Shown: positions 48,130 through 58,376, counted from the stretch's first letter. The stretch: DNA of 64,000 bases from Phycisphaerales bacterium (GCA_965227775.1 OZ245777.1:3262142-3326141); one strand, 5' to 3'. Notes: generated by a model not told the origin, from the letters alone. Translations and numbers: made by a program.

Positions 48130-51100
48130 TCAGGCCGCGGCTCGTTCTTCAATGGCTTCCTGGATGGCCCTGACCAGTTCGCCCCGATTGGTCGGTTTCT
48201 TCATATAAGCGTCGCACCCCGCGGCAAAGCACCGCTCGAGATCGCCTTCCATCGTGTGCGCCGTCAGCGCGATGATCGGCACCTTGCAGCCCATCTCGCG
48301 AAGCGTCTGCGTCACGGTGTAACCGTCCATCCGTGGCATCTGCATATCGGTCAAGATGACGTCGACGGGCATCGGCGAGCGGAGCGGGCCCTCTGCTCCG
48401 CCGTTCTGCGTGAGCGAACGGAGCGCCTCGAGCCCATCACTCGCAGCGACGACACGCGCGCCGGCACGCGCCAGGTGCATGGCAATGAGCCGCAGATTGT
48501 CGATGCCATCCTCGACAAGCATGACCGTCGTACCCGCGAGCGGAGCATCATCATCTACTTGTTGTGAGGGCTCCGGCCGCGAGCGCTCGGACAATTCGAT
48601 TGGTCCTGCCGGGACGGTGGTGGTCCCGTTTACCTCGTCGACGGCGATCGCAATCGAGAACGTGCTACCCGCTCCCGGCGAGCTCTCCACCGTGATGTCG
48701 CCGTGGAGCATCTGGGCAAGACGCTTGCTGATGAGCAATCCCAGACCCGTGCCGCCGAACCGCCGCGTCGTTGAGGCGTCGGCCTGGGTGAACGCAGTAA
48801 ACACGCGACCGAGTTGTTGTTCGGTCATCCCGATACCCGTGTCGTGCACATCGATGCGGATCATTCCACCGCTGTCCTGCGCCTCATAGTTCATTGATAC
48901 CGAGACTTCGCCCTCCCGTGTGAACTTGATGGCATTTCCAATGAGGTTGACCAAGATCTGCCGGAGCCTCGTCGGATCGGTCATCACGAGTTCAGGGACG
49001 GGTGTCGAGTTCTTCATCGAGAACGCGAGCGATCTGGCGTCTGCATTGACGCGCATCAGCCGGCCCACACCCTGGAGAAGCTCGGTCGGGTTGGTCCTGA
49101 TCACTTCAACACCCATGCGTCCCGACTCGATCTTGGAGACGTCAAGGATGTCGTTGATGATGTTCAGCAGGTGCTCGCCGTTCCGCTTGATCGTATCGAG
49201 ATGCGACGATCGCTCAGACTCGGGAAGCTCGGGATCGTCCAGGAGTTCCGCGTATCCCAGGATCGCTGTCATCGGGGTCCGGATCTCGTGGCTCATGTTC
49301 GCGAGGAACTCGGTCTTGCTGAGGTTTGCCACCTCTGCGCGCATGCGTGCCTCTTGCAGCTCGGCCTCGCGCTCGACCTCTGCGGTCACGTCACGAGCGG
49401 TACCGAACAGCCGGACGACGTGCCCGTGCTCGTCCTGCTCGGCACGCCCCTCGATGGCGACGAATCGCACCCCGTTGGCAGTGTCTCGCCGCTCGAGCGT
49501 GAGCGCATACGGCTGGCCGTCACGCATCGTCTGTTTGATGGCCTCCCGCAGTCGCTCGGCGTCGGCCGGCTTGTAGCAGTCAACGGCCAGGTCGGTTGTT
49601 GGCGTGGTCTCCAGCGGATCCCAATCAAAGATCTCGTAGAGCTGCCGCGACCAAGTGACCTGGTCGCTCACGACGTCGAGGCTCCAGCTACCCATGCGCG
49701 CGATCGACTGGGCGATCTCGAGCGCCTGATTCGATGCGGCGAGCGCATCACGCTGCTCTCTCTGCTCGGTCACATCCTGGAACGCGCCCACGAGACGGAC
49801 GAGCTTGCCGTCTTCAAAGACCGGCTCGCCGACCGCGCGAACCCAGCGGAGATTGCCCTTGGCCGTACGGAATCGGCACTCGACATCCCACCCTCGACCA
49901 TCGCGAATGCCTCGCTCAACGCACTCTGAGATCTCGCGCCGCGACTCGCCAACGTAGAACTCGATCGCCTTCTCTACGGAAGGCACGTAACCGGGCGGCA
50001 CCTCGTGGATGGCACGTACCTGGTCGGACCAGTACACCTTCTCGCTCGCGATGTCGATCTCCCATCCACCGATGGCAGTCATGCGACTCGTGTTCGCGAG
50101 CACCATCTCGCGCCGATTGGCTTCGATCTGCGCGACGACCTGCTCGTGCACGTCCATCTGGATTCCCACGAGGCGATCCACGCGCTGGCGGCCCATTGAC
50201 TTGATCGAGTTCGCAAATAGACGCATCCATCGCCAGGAACCGCTTGCGTGTCGGATGCGATATTGCACGTCGACGAACGGCGTGCCATCGTTCAAGTGCT
50301 GCTCGATGGCGCTCTCGAGGTGAACGACATCCACAGGGTGCACGCGCGTGAGCAGCGTGGTGACATCGTCGAGCAGATCGACCGATCGTTCACCCAGCAT
50401 GGCCGACCAGCGGTGGTCGAACGTGAAACTGCCCGTGTCGAGATCCCACATCCACAGGCCCATGCCACCGGCCGCCAACGCGAGCTCGGTAGTTTCCATG
50501 GCCTCGCGGAGCCGGAGCTGCGCTTCGGCCTGCTCGGTCACGTCGCTATGGGTGCCGACCATGCGGAGTGGTCGATCCTGCGCATCCGCGGCGACGATCC
50601 GCCCGGACGCGCTGATCCATCGCCAGCCACCACCACGCTGGCGAACGCGGAACCGGATGTCCTCGAAGGGCAGACCGTTCTTCAGGTGTCTCGCCAGAGC
50701 GCGCAGCGTCGGCCCAACGTCCTCGTAGTGGAGGCTCGCCGACAAGGGCTTGGTGTAAGCGATCTGTAGGGATGAGCGCGCCCACGCATCGTCGAACGTG
50801 AGCCGCCCGGTCTTCGCATCCCACTCCCACGTACCCAGCTTACCGACGCCAAGGGCCGTCTCCGTGCGTCGGGTTTGCTCGATGAGCTGCTGCTCCAACT
50901 GCTTGTACTGCGTGACGTCGGTCTCTACCGCCATGAATCCGGTGAGTCGGCCCCGCCCGTCTCGGCGCGGCTGCATGTCGATGAACACCCAGTAGTCACG
51001 TCCGTCTTTCGCCCGGTTCAGCAGCTCGCCTTGGAAAGCCTCCCCGGCCGACAGCCGCGCATCCATCTCGGCAATGGTCCGCCGATCGGTCCTGTCGCTG

Positions 51101-51315
51101 AACAGCACCTCGCCCGGGACACGGCCCTCGATGTCTTCAAGCTTGAATCCACTGATGCGGGTGAAGCCCTCGTTCACCCAGAGCACACGCCGGTCGGCAT
51201 CGGTCACGATGATGGCGTTCGTCGTGCGTTGCGCGAGGTCGTGCATCCAGGCCGGTGTGCCGGAGTAACCGGAGAGCTTGCGGCGCAGGCGGGAGACGAG
51301 CCCCCGCACGCTCAT
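48130..51315 (-). CDS. Cytoplasmic multi-PAS hybrid histidine kinase (start may be 51351)
   Basis: About five PAS/PAC repeats, FLANMSHEIRTPM, NLIGNAIKFT, GGTGLGL, receiver ILTDMQMP. Confidence 0.93.
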   Translation of the reverse strand: MSVRGLVSRLRRKLSGYSGTPAWMHDLAQRTTNAIIVTDADRRVLWVNEGFTRISGFKLEDIEGRVPGEVLFSDRTDRRTIAEMDARLSAGEAFQGELLNRAKDGRDYWVFIDMQPRRDGRGRLTGFMAVETDVTQYKQLEQQLIEQTRRTETALGVGKLGTWEWDAKTGRLTFDDAWARSSLQIAYTKPLSASLHYEDVGPTLRALARHLKNGLPFEDIRFRVRQRGGGWRWISASGRIVAADAQDRPLRMVGTHSDVTEQAEAQLRLREAMETTELALAAGGMGLWMWDLDTGSFTFDHRWSAMLGERSVDLLDDVTTLLTRVHPVDVVHLESAIEQHLNDGTPFVDVQYRIRHASGSWRWMRLFANSIKSMGRQRVDRLVGIQMDVHEQVVAQIEANRREMVLANTSRMTAIGGWEIDIASEKVYWSDQVRAIHEVPPGYVPSVEKAIEFYVGESRREISECVERGIRDGRGWDVECRFRTAKGNLRWVRAVGEPVFEDGKLVRLVGAFQDVTEQREQRDALAASNQALEIAQSIARMGSWSLDVVSDQVTWSRQLYEIFDWDPLETTPTTDLAVDCYKPADAERLREAIKQTMRDGQPYALTLERRDTANGVRFVAIEGRAEQDEHGHVVRLFGTARDVTAEVEREAELQEARMRAEVANLSKTEFLANMSHEIRTPMTAILGYAELLDDPELPESERSSHLDTIKRNGEHLLNIINDILDVSKIESGRMGVEVIRTNPTELLQGVGRLMRVNADARSLAFSMKNSTPVPELVMTDPTRLRQILVNLIGNAIKFTREGEVSVSMNYEAQDSGGMIRIDVHDTGIGMTEQQLGRVFTAFTQADASTTRRFGGTGLGLLISKRLAQMLHGDITVESSPGAGSTFSIAIAVDEVNGTTTVPAGPIELSERSRPEPSQQVDDDAPLAGTTVMLVEDGIDNLRLIAMHLARAGARVVAASDGLEALRSLTQNGGAEGPLRSPMPVDVILTDMQMPRMDGYTVTQTLREMGCKVPIIALTAHTMEGDLERCFAAGCDAYMKKPTNRGELVRAIQEAIEERAAA

Positions 51316-51545
51316 GCCATCACCTTCGATCTTTGTGACCCTCTCGCCCACGGCACCAACTCCAGGAATCCAACCAACGAACAGCCCGATAACTGGCGAG
51401 CCATGCGTCGCTCCAATCCTGACATCGTGCCGATCGCGATGGGGCTGAAGCCGGGTTTCCTGGCCAACGCCGGGCTTTTCACGGCACCGCTCGTCGGGCT
51501 CGTTCGGATGGCTGGAGGGCTATCGGTGGCCCCTATCATGCCGTG

Positions 51546-52136
51546 ATGCCTCGTCAGCTCATGCGCTTCTACCAGCGAAGCCGGCTCTTGAACATCAACC
51601 TCAATCTCGTGCTGGCGGGGCTGATCGCTATTGCGCTGGCCAAGTTCCCAGTCATGCTGATCTCAGACTGGCTCGGGAAGGACCAAAAGCTCCTCATCAC
51701 GATCATCGCCTACGGCTTGGACACGATTTTCGACGTCGCGGCTTACTTCGGGCTGCACTGGGTGGCCAACCACTGGAAGCCGTCCGCCTTACACGGCAAG
51801 GGCCCCAAGCCCGAGCGGCCCGCCCATCGCAAGAACTTTCTGATGGACGCCGGCCGCGTACAGGCCGAGCGGATGATCCTGGTGCCCGTGTTCGCCGCGG
51901 TCTCGATGGGCATGATGTACAGCCTGCAGCGGTATGCGGGTGTCTCTGCGTCGTGGGCATTCGTGTACGGCTTCGTCACGGCCATCCTCGTCACTCGCAC
52001 GCTGCACACCATCAGCGGCATCTGGACGGGCACCTTCAAGGGCGACCACCACTTCGCGGCGGGCACCGCTCCGCCCGACCCGGCCGCGCCTCGGCCGATG
52101 GAGCGGTCCGCCGAGCGAGAGCGAGAGGCCGTATAG
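51546..52136 (+). CDS. Hypothetical membrane protein (~4 TM)
   Basis: Hydrophobic segments; typical codon usage. Confidence 0.75.
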   Translation: MPRQLMRFYQRSRLLNINLNLVLAGLIAIALAKFPVMLISDWLGKDQKLLITIIAYGLDTIFDVAAYFGLHWVANHWKPSALHGKGPKPERPAHRKNFLMDAGRVQAERMILVPVFAAVSMGMMYSLQRYAGVSASWAFVYGFVTAILVTRTLHTISGIWTGTFKGDHHFAAGTAPPDPAAPRPMERSAEREREAV

Positions 52137-52170
52137 CCCCCACTGGCGGCCACCGCCTACAACCCCCACC

Positions 52171-54258
52171 ATGTGCGGCATCGCCGGCGTATTGCGGATC
52201 CACGAGCAGGGCCAGCCCCCCCACCCCCTCGAGGCCATCCCCGAGGCGCGGCTCGACGTGCTCGATGAGGGGATCAAGCACCGTGGTCCCGACGGCCAAG
52301 GCCGCTTCCGCGATCGCGCGACGCGCCCGGATGGCACCATCGTCGACGTCGCGTTCGTTCACCGCCGCCTGAGCATCCTCGACCACGAGGGTGGCCACCA
52401 GCCCATGGTCCACGACGGCCAGCGCCTGCGCCCCGACCTGACGTACCAGCCCGGCGAAGAACCCAAGTTCGCGCACGAACTGTGTCCCGACGAGCCACTG
52501 GTGGCCGTCATCTTCAACGGCTGCATCTACAACCAGCACGAGCTCCGGACTGAGCTGACACAGCAGGGGGCGGAGTTCGAGACGGACCACAGCGATACGG
52601 AGGTGCTGGTGCATGGGTGGCGACGCTTTGGAAGCACCGACGGTCGTGCGTCGGAGTTCCAGCGTCGGCTTCGCAGCATGCACGCTGCTCTCGTATGGGA
52701 CCGCAAGCGTGCCCACATCCAGCCCTTGCGTGACATGTTCGGTGAGAAGCCGCTCTACCGATTGCCCGTGGTGTTCGGGAGCACGTTCGCGTGGTCGAGT
52801 GCGCCCGCTTCGCTCGGAGCCCTCGCAAAACACGCACAGGTCGTTCATCCTTCGAGTGTTCGAGGCTGGATCCGCCACGGCTGGCATCAGAGATTCACCA
52901 CGATCGAGAATTCCGTGGTGCAGGAATGGCCCGCATCCGACGATCCCACGAAGGAAGATGGCTCGCCGATACCAGGTGGCTTTGGCGTTGCGCATTGGAT
53001 CGACTACGCGGGAACTTCGAAGCAGCCGCTCACCGCGCCGCGGGTCGAGAGCATGATCCGCAACGCAGTGAGGACACGGTTGGAGTCTGATGTCCCGCTT
53101 GGTTGCTTCCTAAGCGGGGGTATCGACTCATCATTGATAACGAAGTTTGCGCTCGACGAGCTGGGGTCGATGCAATGCTTCACGGTCCGCATGCCCGACG
53201 CGGCATACGACGAGTCTCATCATGCGAAGGAAGCAGCAGAGGCCCTCGGTGCCTCGCTCACCGTACTGGACTGCCGTGACGAACCCGCCCAGGATCTGGT
53301 TCAACTCATCGAGGGCCTTGGCCTGCCGTTTGGTGATAGTTCCTTGCTGCCAACGCACTGGGTGTGTCGAGCTGCCGGTCAGCAGGTACGTGTGGCCCTG
53401 GCTGGTGATGGCGGGGACGAGCTGTTCGCCGGCTACGAGCGACACACGCTGAAGCCGCCCCCAAGGCAGTTTCGATTCATGTCACGCCTTATCCGTCCAA
53501 CGCTGCTTCCCGACCACAATCCTCGTTCTCGGCTGTCCAAAGCGAGAAGGCTGCTGGCGGCGGTGCGCTCGGGTGACGGGAGTTTGGCCGCCGAATTGTC
53601 CGCAATCTTCCCTCGTGCCGAACTACAACGACTGCTGGGCCCACGGGACGACGGATTCGTTGATGCAATGCAGACTCTCAAGAATCGGTCTCGAGACATT
53701 CGTATCTGGGACATCGACCGCTATCTCAGCGGGGACCTACTCCGCAAGACCGACACGGCTTCGATGGCGGTGCCACTCGAAGTTCGATGTCCGTTCCTGG
53801 ATCCGGAACTCGCCGAGGCAGCGATCATGGCTCCAAAGCGCGACCTCATGCCCAACGGCGAACGCAAGGGCCTCCTCAAGCAAGTGGCCCGCGAGTACCT
53901 CCCCGACCACATTGTCGACCGCCCCAAGCAGGGCTTTGCCATCCCCATCGGCCGGTGGTTCCGCGAGGACTACGGCGGGCTGCGGCAGCTTCTGTACGAC
54001 CACCTCGAATCGGCCGATCCGTTCCCGGGGCTTGTTGAGGCAGGTGTCGAGATTAACATGGAATTTGTGCGGCAGATGCTCCGCGAGCACGATGCCGCGG
54101 GCCAGCGATCCATCAATCCGTGGCACGGGCGCGACCACTCGCAGCGGTTGTACATGCTCCTCGTGCTGAGCATCTGGGCGAAATGGCTGCACGGGCTTCG
54201 GGCCGATGCAAAAAACAACCCCTCGCAGAACGAGGGGCTGGGTGGAAGCACGAACTGA
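52171..54258 (+). CDS. asnB: Asparagine synthase (glutamine-hydrolysing)-like amidotransferase
   Basis: MCGIAG, HRGPD, HRRLSI, FNGCIYN, LSGGIDSS, GDGGDELFAGY, RCPFLD, RPKQGF. Confidence 0.88.
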   Translation: MCGIAGVLRIHEQGQPPHPLEAIPEARLDVLDEGIKHRGPDGQGRFRDRATRPDGTIVDVAFVHRRLSILDHEGGHQPMVHDGQRLRPDLTYQPGEEPKFAHELCPDEPLVAVIFNGCIYNQHELRTELTQQGAEFETDHSDTEVLVHGWRRFGSTDGRASEFQRRLRSMHAALVWDRKRAHIQPLRDMFGEKPLYRLPVVFGSTFAWSSAPASLGALAKHAQVVHPSSVRGWIRHGWHQRFTTIENSVVQEWPASDDPTKEDGSPIPGGFGVAHWIDYAGTSKQPLTAPRVESMIRNAVRTRLESDVPLGCFLSGGIDSSLITKFALDELGSMQCFTVRMPDAAYDESHHAKEAAEALGASLTVLDCRDEPAQDLVQLIEGLGLPFGDSSLLPTHWVCRAAGQQVRVALAGDGGDELFAGYERHTLKPPPRQFRFMSRLIRPTLLPDHNPRSRLSKARRLLAAVRSGDGSLAAELSAIFPRAELQRLLGPRDDGFVDAMQTLKNRSRDIRIWDIDRYLSGDLLRKTDTASMAVPLEVRCPFLDPELAEAAIMAPKRDLMPNGERKGLLKQVAREYLPDHIVDRPKQGFAIPIGRWFREDYGGLRQLLYDHLESADPFPGLVEAGVEINMEFVRQMLREHDAAGQRSINPWHGRDHSQRLYMLLVLSIWAKWLHGLRADAKNNPSQNEGLGGSTN
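54210..54237 (-). terminator. Rho-independent terminator for mscS, inside the asnB 3' end
   Basis: cccctcg-cagaa-cgagggg preceded by an A-tract. Confidence 0.6.
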
Positions 54259-54267
54259 GTCCCGGCG

Positions 54268-55215
54268 TCAGCCGTTGGTGACCTTGACCTGGATGGCCTC
54301 GGGCACATGGATGTCGCGCTGCGGGTACGGGATACCGATGCCGGCCTCATCAAGCGCGTACTTGATGTCGCGGACCATCCGCTCCTTGACGGCCCAGTAG
54401 TCGGCGGTGGGCGCCCACACGCGGACGGCCCAATCGATCGACGAGCCGCCGAGGTCGCTGAGATAGATCACCGGGTCCTGGCTGGTGTCGCGGCCCTCGA
54501 TAGCCTTCGCAGCGGCCGTCATGACCTCGCGAGCCTTGTCAATGTCGGCCTCGTACGCGGTGCCGACGGCGATGTCGACGCGGCGGGTGCCGTGGTGCGT
54601 GACGTTCTCGATCGTCGAGCCGAAGATCGAGCTGTTGGGCATGATGATGCGCCGGTTGTCGGGCGTGTCGAACGTCGTTGTGAAAAGTTCGATCTCGTCG
54701 ACCTTGGCCGTCACGCCGTTGACGCTGATGACGTCACCCACGCGATACGGCCTGAACACCAGCAGCATGACGCCGGCCGCGACATTGCCCAGCGTGCCCG
54801 AGAGCGCGAGGCCGATCGCAAAACCGAGGGCCGCGAGTACAGCGGCGAAGCTGGTCATCTCAACACCAAACGTCGAGAGGACGCTGATGCCGCCAAGGAC
54901 CAGGATGGCCCACTTGACGAGGTTGCCGAAGAACTTCGCGAGCGTGATCTCGACACGGGCCTTGGTGGATGCCTTGATGGTCAAACGCCTGGCCCAGCCG
55001 GCAACGAACAGCACGACGATAATCAGGACGACCGCGACGACGACGGGCTGAGCGACGCCCCAGACCTCCGCCGCTGTAATCTGATCAAAGTTCCCGCCCA
55101 TGACCTTGTCGAAGAGGTCAGAGGCGTTGCTTGCAACTTCGTTCGAACCCGTGGCCTCCGTGGCCCCAGATTCTGCAGCGCCGGCATCTCCGGCGGTTTC
55201 GTCTTGAAGAGTCAT
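54268..55215 (-). CDS. mscS: Small-conductance mechanosensitive channel
   Basis: GFAIGLAL..NVAAGVMLLVFRPYRVGD, IMPNS, GIGIPYPQRD. Confidence 0.93.
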   Translation of the reverse strand: MTLQDETAGDAGAAESGATEATGSNEVASNASDLFDKVMGGNFDQITAAEVWGVAQPVVVAVVLIIVVLFVAGWARRLTIKASTKARVEITLAKFFGNLVKWAILVLGGISVLSTFGVEMTSFAAVLAALGFAIGLALSGTLGNVAAGVMLLVFRPYRVGDVISVNGVTAKVDEIELFTTTFDTPDNRRIIMPNSSIFGSTIENVTHHGTRRVDIAVGTAYEADIDKAREVMTAAAKAIEGRDTSQDPVIYLSDLGGSSIDWAVRVWAPTADYWAVKERMVRDIKYALDEAGIGIPYPQRDIHVPEAIQVKVTNG

Positions 55216-55243
55216 CTGAATTCTCCCACGTGGTTGGTTTTGA

Positions 55244-56104
55244 TCAGAAAGTCGCCAGGATTGTGATGAAGTACTTCAGGTCGTTCTCGTCCGCATCGTC
55301 GGTGTTCGAGTCGTACTCGTGCTCGATACCCAGACGCAGCGTCAGGTCGTTCTCTTCGGAGAGGCGGATGTCGTAGTTTGCGTAGCTGACCGCACGGAGC
55401 TCGCCAAAGTCGTTCAGCGACGGGAACACCTCAGTGCCCGCGGCGAACTTCTGGTTCTCCTTGATCTGCCACTCGAAGTCCAAACCGAGCAAACCTTCCG
55501 GCCGCCATTCGTCGTCATCGGTTCCGAACTCGCGAACAACACCAGCGCCGACTCGACCCTTCAGACTGGCTCGGTCCTGCCCATTCTCAAGGAGTGCTCG
55601 ATCCTTGAAGAAGTCGTAGCCACCACCAGCGAACAGCTGCAGCCGTGTGTCCCAGTCTTCAAACTCGTCGAACTCGTAGACGCCGAACGAAAAGATGAAG
55701 TAACGCTCGCCGGGAAACAGCCAGTCGTTCTCGCCACGCATGAGCCACTCGTTCTCCGACGCCGAGCCATCCTCCTCACCGTAGAGGTACCGGGCCCGGA
55801 AGAGCGTGCGGAGGTTCTCCGTCTCGCGCTGCGTCTGGAACACGGCACGGAGATCGAACTCGTCGGTGTTGCCGCTCGAGCCGCTGATGCCAAGCTCGCC
55901 CGTCCTTGTCCAGCCGCTCCAGAAGCTGGACGATCCGGATGAGTCCTCGACGCCATCGGCGACCTGGGACTCACCCTCCTGGGACGCCTCTTCCTGATAG
56001 GGAAGTTCCAGCTCCGCCAGTCCGAATTCGGACGCGATAGCTCCGCTCGCCGCCACGGCCGCTACGGCACACGCGAGAATACGGATTTTGTTTGAATCAT
56101 GCAT
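55244..56104 (-). CDS. DUF481/YdiY-like outer-membrane beta-barrel
   Basis: Signal peptide, SGSSGNT, amphipathic beta strands, C-terminal Phe. Confidence 0.8.
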   Translation of the reverse strand: MHDSNKIRILACAVAAVAASGAIASEFGLAELELPYQEEASQEGESQVADGVEDSSGSSSFWSGWTRTGELGISGSSGNTDEFDLRAVFQTQRETENLRTLFRARYLYGEEDGSASENEWLMRGENDWLFPGERYFIFSFGVYEFDEFEDWDTRLQLFAGGGYDFFKDRALLENGQDRASLKGRVGAGVVREFGTDDDEWRPEGLLGLDFEWQIKENQKFAAGTEVFPSLNDFGELRAVSYANYDIRLSEENDLTLRLGIEHEYDSNTDDADENDLKYFITILATF

Positions 56105-56257
56105 GGGGACCTCCTGAGCCTGCTTGGCGTGAGCCGGCTGCAAGCACCGAAGACCCCCGCCCCTCACAGAATTGAGCGAGGAGTTTATCGCTACTCACTC
56201 GCCGGGTCGACGCCGATTCTTCACGCGCGGGTGGTCCTATTCCGATACACTCCCCGT

Positions 56258-56977
56258 ATGCCCGACCACGTTCCCTCCCGGCGGCAGGTCATCTCTGGCG
56301 GCCTGGCACTCGGTGCCCTCGCGCTGGTCGGCTGTGCGCCCTCGCGGACACGGGTCTCGGGGCCTCCATCGCCCGTCTGGCCGACAAATCGGCGGCTCAC
56401 CAGCGGCGTCTACCCGCGTAGCAGAGACACGGTGGATCCGATCGTGCCACCCGCGTCCGTTGGCATGCCACGCGTCATGCCTCGCTCCGCGTGGACCCGC
56501 AGCCAGCCCACGCTCGCGCTCGCCAACCGCATGGGCCGTGTGGAGCGCATCACGATCCACCACGACGCGATGGATGCCGCCGGCTTCCGCTCGGCAAGCG
56601 ATGCTCGCGGTCGACTTACCGACATCCACCGCGTCCACACAGGCAAGGGCTGGGCCGACATCGGCTACCACTATGCGATCGATCCGATGGGCACGGTGTG
56701 GGCGGCCCGCCCGGTCCAACTCCAGGGTGCCCACGTCAGCGATTGGAACGAGCACAACTTGGGCATCATGATGATGGGCAACTTCATGTATGAGCGCCCC
56801 ACGCCCGCCGCACTCGCATCGCTCCAGTCGCTCGTGCGAAGCGAGAGCGCCCGCTATCGCGTCCCCGCGTCTCGCATCAGCACGCACCGAGAACTCGGAA
56901 ACACGGCGTGCCCGGGCGACACCCTGCAACGGCAGATCGACATGGCCCGCAGCCAACGCATCGCCGGCTTTGCCTAA
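56258..56977 (+). CDS. Tat-type lipoprotein N-acetylmuramoyl-L-alanine amidase (Amidase_2/PGRP)
   Basis: SRRQVI..LVGC signal; ITIHH, GWADIGYHY, GAHV, THRE..TACPG. Confidence 0.88.
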   Translation: MPDHVPSRRQVISGGLALGALALVGCAPSRTRVSGPPSPVWPTNRRLTSGVYPRSRDTVDPIVPPASVGMPRVMPRSAWTRSQPTLALANRMGRVERITIHHDAMDAAGFRSASDARGRLTDIHRVHTGKGWADIGYHYAIDPMGTVWAARPVQLQGAHVSDWNEHNLGIMMMGNFMYERPTPAALASLQSLVRSESARYRVPASRISTHRELGNTACPGDTLQRQIDMARSQRIAGFA

Positions 56978-56994
56978 GCCGATTCAGATCGATC

Positions 56995-57801
56995 TCAGCC
57001 AGTCGACGCCGCTTCGTCGGACCCTTCGGGCTCGCTGAAGATCGCGCTGCCCACTCGGACCAGATTCGATCCCTCTTCGATCGCCACCTCGTAGTCGCCC
57101 GACATCCCCATCGAAAGGATGTTGAAGTCGCTGCCGACCAGCCCCTCGCTCTGCACATCCTCGAAGAGCTCGCGGCACCGACCGAAGGTCGGCCGGCTGT
57201 CCTCGGGCCCATCGCCATCGGGCGCCATGGTCATGAGCCCGCGCAGCCTCAGGTGGATCATCGAGTGGATCTGCTCGACCACATGCATCACCGCGGGCGA
57301 TGGGCACCCCGCCCGGCCCGCTTCACCCGAGCAATTCACCTGCAGCAGGATCTCGACGGGCTTGTCCCGCTTGAGCCCGACCTCCTGCAACTCCTCGGCC
57401 ACACGCAGGCTGTCCACGCTGTGGATGAGCCGGCAGGCATCGGCGACCTGCCTCGCCTTGTTGCGCTGCATCTGTCCGATCATGTGCCAGCGGATCGGCT
57501 CATGCTTCGATGCCGGGTCCCCACCCAAGGCCGCGCCCATCGCTCGCATGCGGGAAGCCTGCTCTTCGAGCATCGGCGCCCGCTGGAGCAACTGCTGCAC
57601 ACGGTTCTCGCCGAAGTCGCGATGGCCGGCCTGCACGAGTTGCAAGATCTGGTCGGGCTCGGCGTACTTGGTGACGGCTACCAGCAGCACCTGCTGCGGA
57701 CGCTTTCCCGACTTCGCAGCGGCGCGTTCGACGCGCTCACGCACCGACGCGTAGCGATGGAGGAGGTCACCGTCTGTGGATGCGGGGCCTGCGATCGCCA
57801 T
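56995..57801 (-). CDS. yggS: YggS/PLPBP PLP homeostasis protein
   Basis: LVAVTK, DFGENRVQ, WHMIG, LSMGMSGDY, VRVGSAIF. Confidence 0.93.
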   Translation of the reverse strand: MAIAGPASTDGDLLHRYASVRERVERAAAKSGKRPQQVLLVAVTKYAEPDQILQLVQAGHRDFGENRVQQLLQRAPMLEEQASRMRAMGAALGGDPASKHEPIRWHMIGQMQRNKARQVADACRLIHSVDSLRVAEELQEVGLKRDKPVEILLQVNCSGEAGRAGCPSPAVMHVVEQIHSMIHLRLRGLMTMAPDGDGPEDSRPTFGRCRELFEDVQSEGLVGSDFNILSMGMSGDYEVAIEEGSNLVRVGSAIFSEPEGSDEAASTG

Positions 57802-57882
57802 GCCCTAGCATACGCCTCGCTACCAGCGATGCGATCGACAGATATCGCCGATTTCCCCGGACCAAACTGGAGCCCGCCACGC

Positions 57883-58374
57883 ATGCCCCCCACCACCGAG
57901 CTGCCCGCCCGTTCCGAGCCCATCGCCGTCGGCGATCCCGCGCCAGACTTCACCCTCCTCGACCAGGGAAGCCAGGAGTGGACGCTCTCGAGCGCACTCG
58001 AAGACGGTGACGTCGCCCTGTGCTTCTACCCCATGGACTTCAGCCCGGTGTGCTCGACCGAGATGCAGTGCGTCAACGACGAGTTCGCCCGCTGGAGAGA
58101 CAAGGGCGTCCAGGTCGTGGGCATCTCCTGCGATAGCTTCTTTACCCACAAGGCCTGGGCCGATGCGCTGGGCCTCAAGCAGACCCTTATCGCCGACATG
58201 CATCGTGCGGTGTCCAAGGCCTACGGCTTCTACTGGCCCGACCTGAACGTCTCAAGCCGAGGTACGGTGCTCGTCTCGAAGGGAGAAGACGGCACCCCGG
58301 TCGTCCGCTGGGTGCAGAAGCGTGAGATCAAGGACGCCATGAACCTGGACGAGTTGCTCACGCAGCTCGCCTGA
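57883..58374 (+). CDS. AhpC/TSA-family peroxiredoxin
   Basis: VGDPAPDFTL, FYPMDFSPVCSTE, VVGISCD. Confidence 0.88.
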   Translation: MPPTTELPARSEPIAVGDPAPDFTLLDQGSQEWTLSSALEDGDVALCFYPMDFSPVCSTEMQCVNDEFARWRDKGVQVVGISCDSFFTHKAWADALGLKQTLIADMHRAVSKAYGFYWPDLNVSSRGTVLVSKGEDGTPVVRWVQKREIKDAMNLDELLTQLA

Positions 58375-58376
58375 GC

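Noticed and set aside
51934..52170. N-terminal extensions in the ORF track (asnB from 51934, nuoI from 26170, peroxiredoxin from 56908, recX from 46252)
   Set aside because: They overlap neighbouring genes; family N-termini (e.g. Met-Cys of Ntn amidotransferases) indicate the later starts
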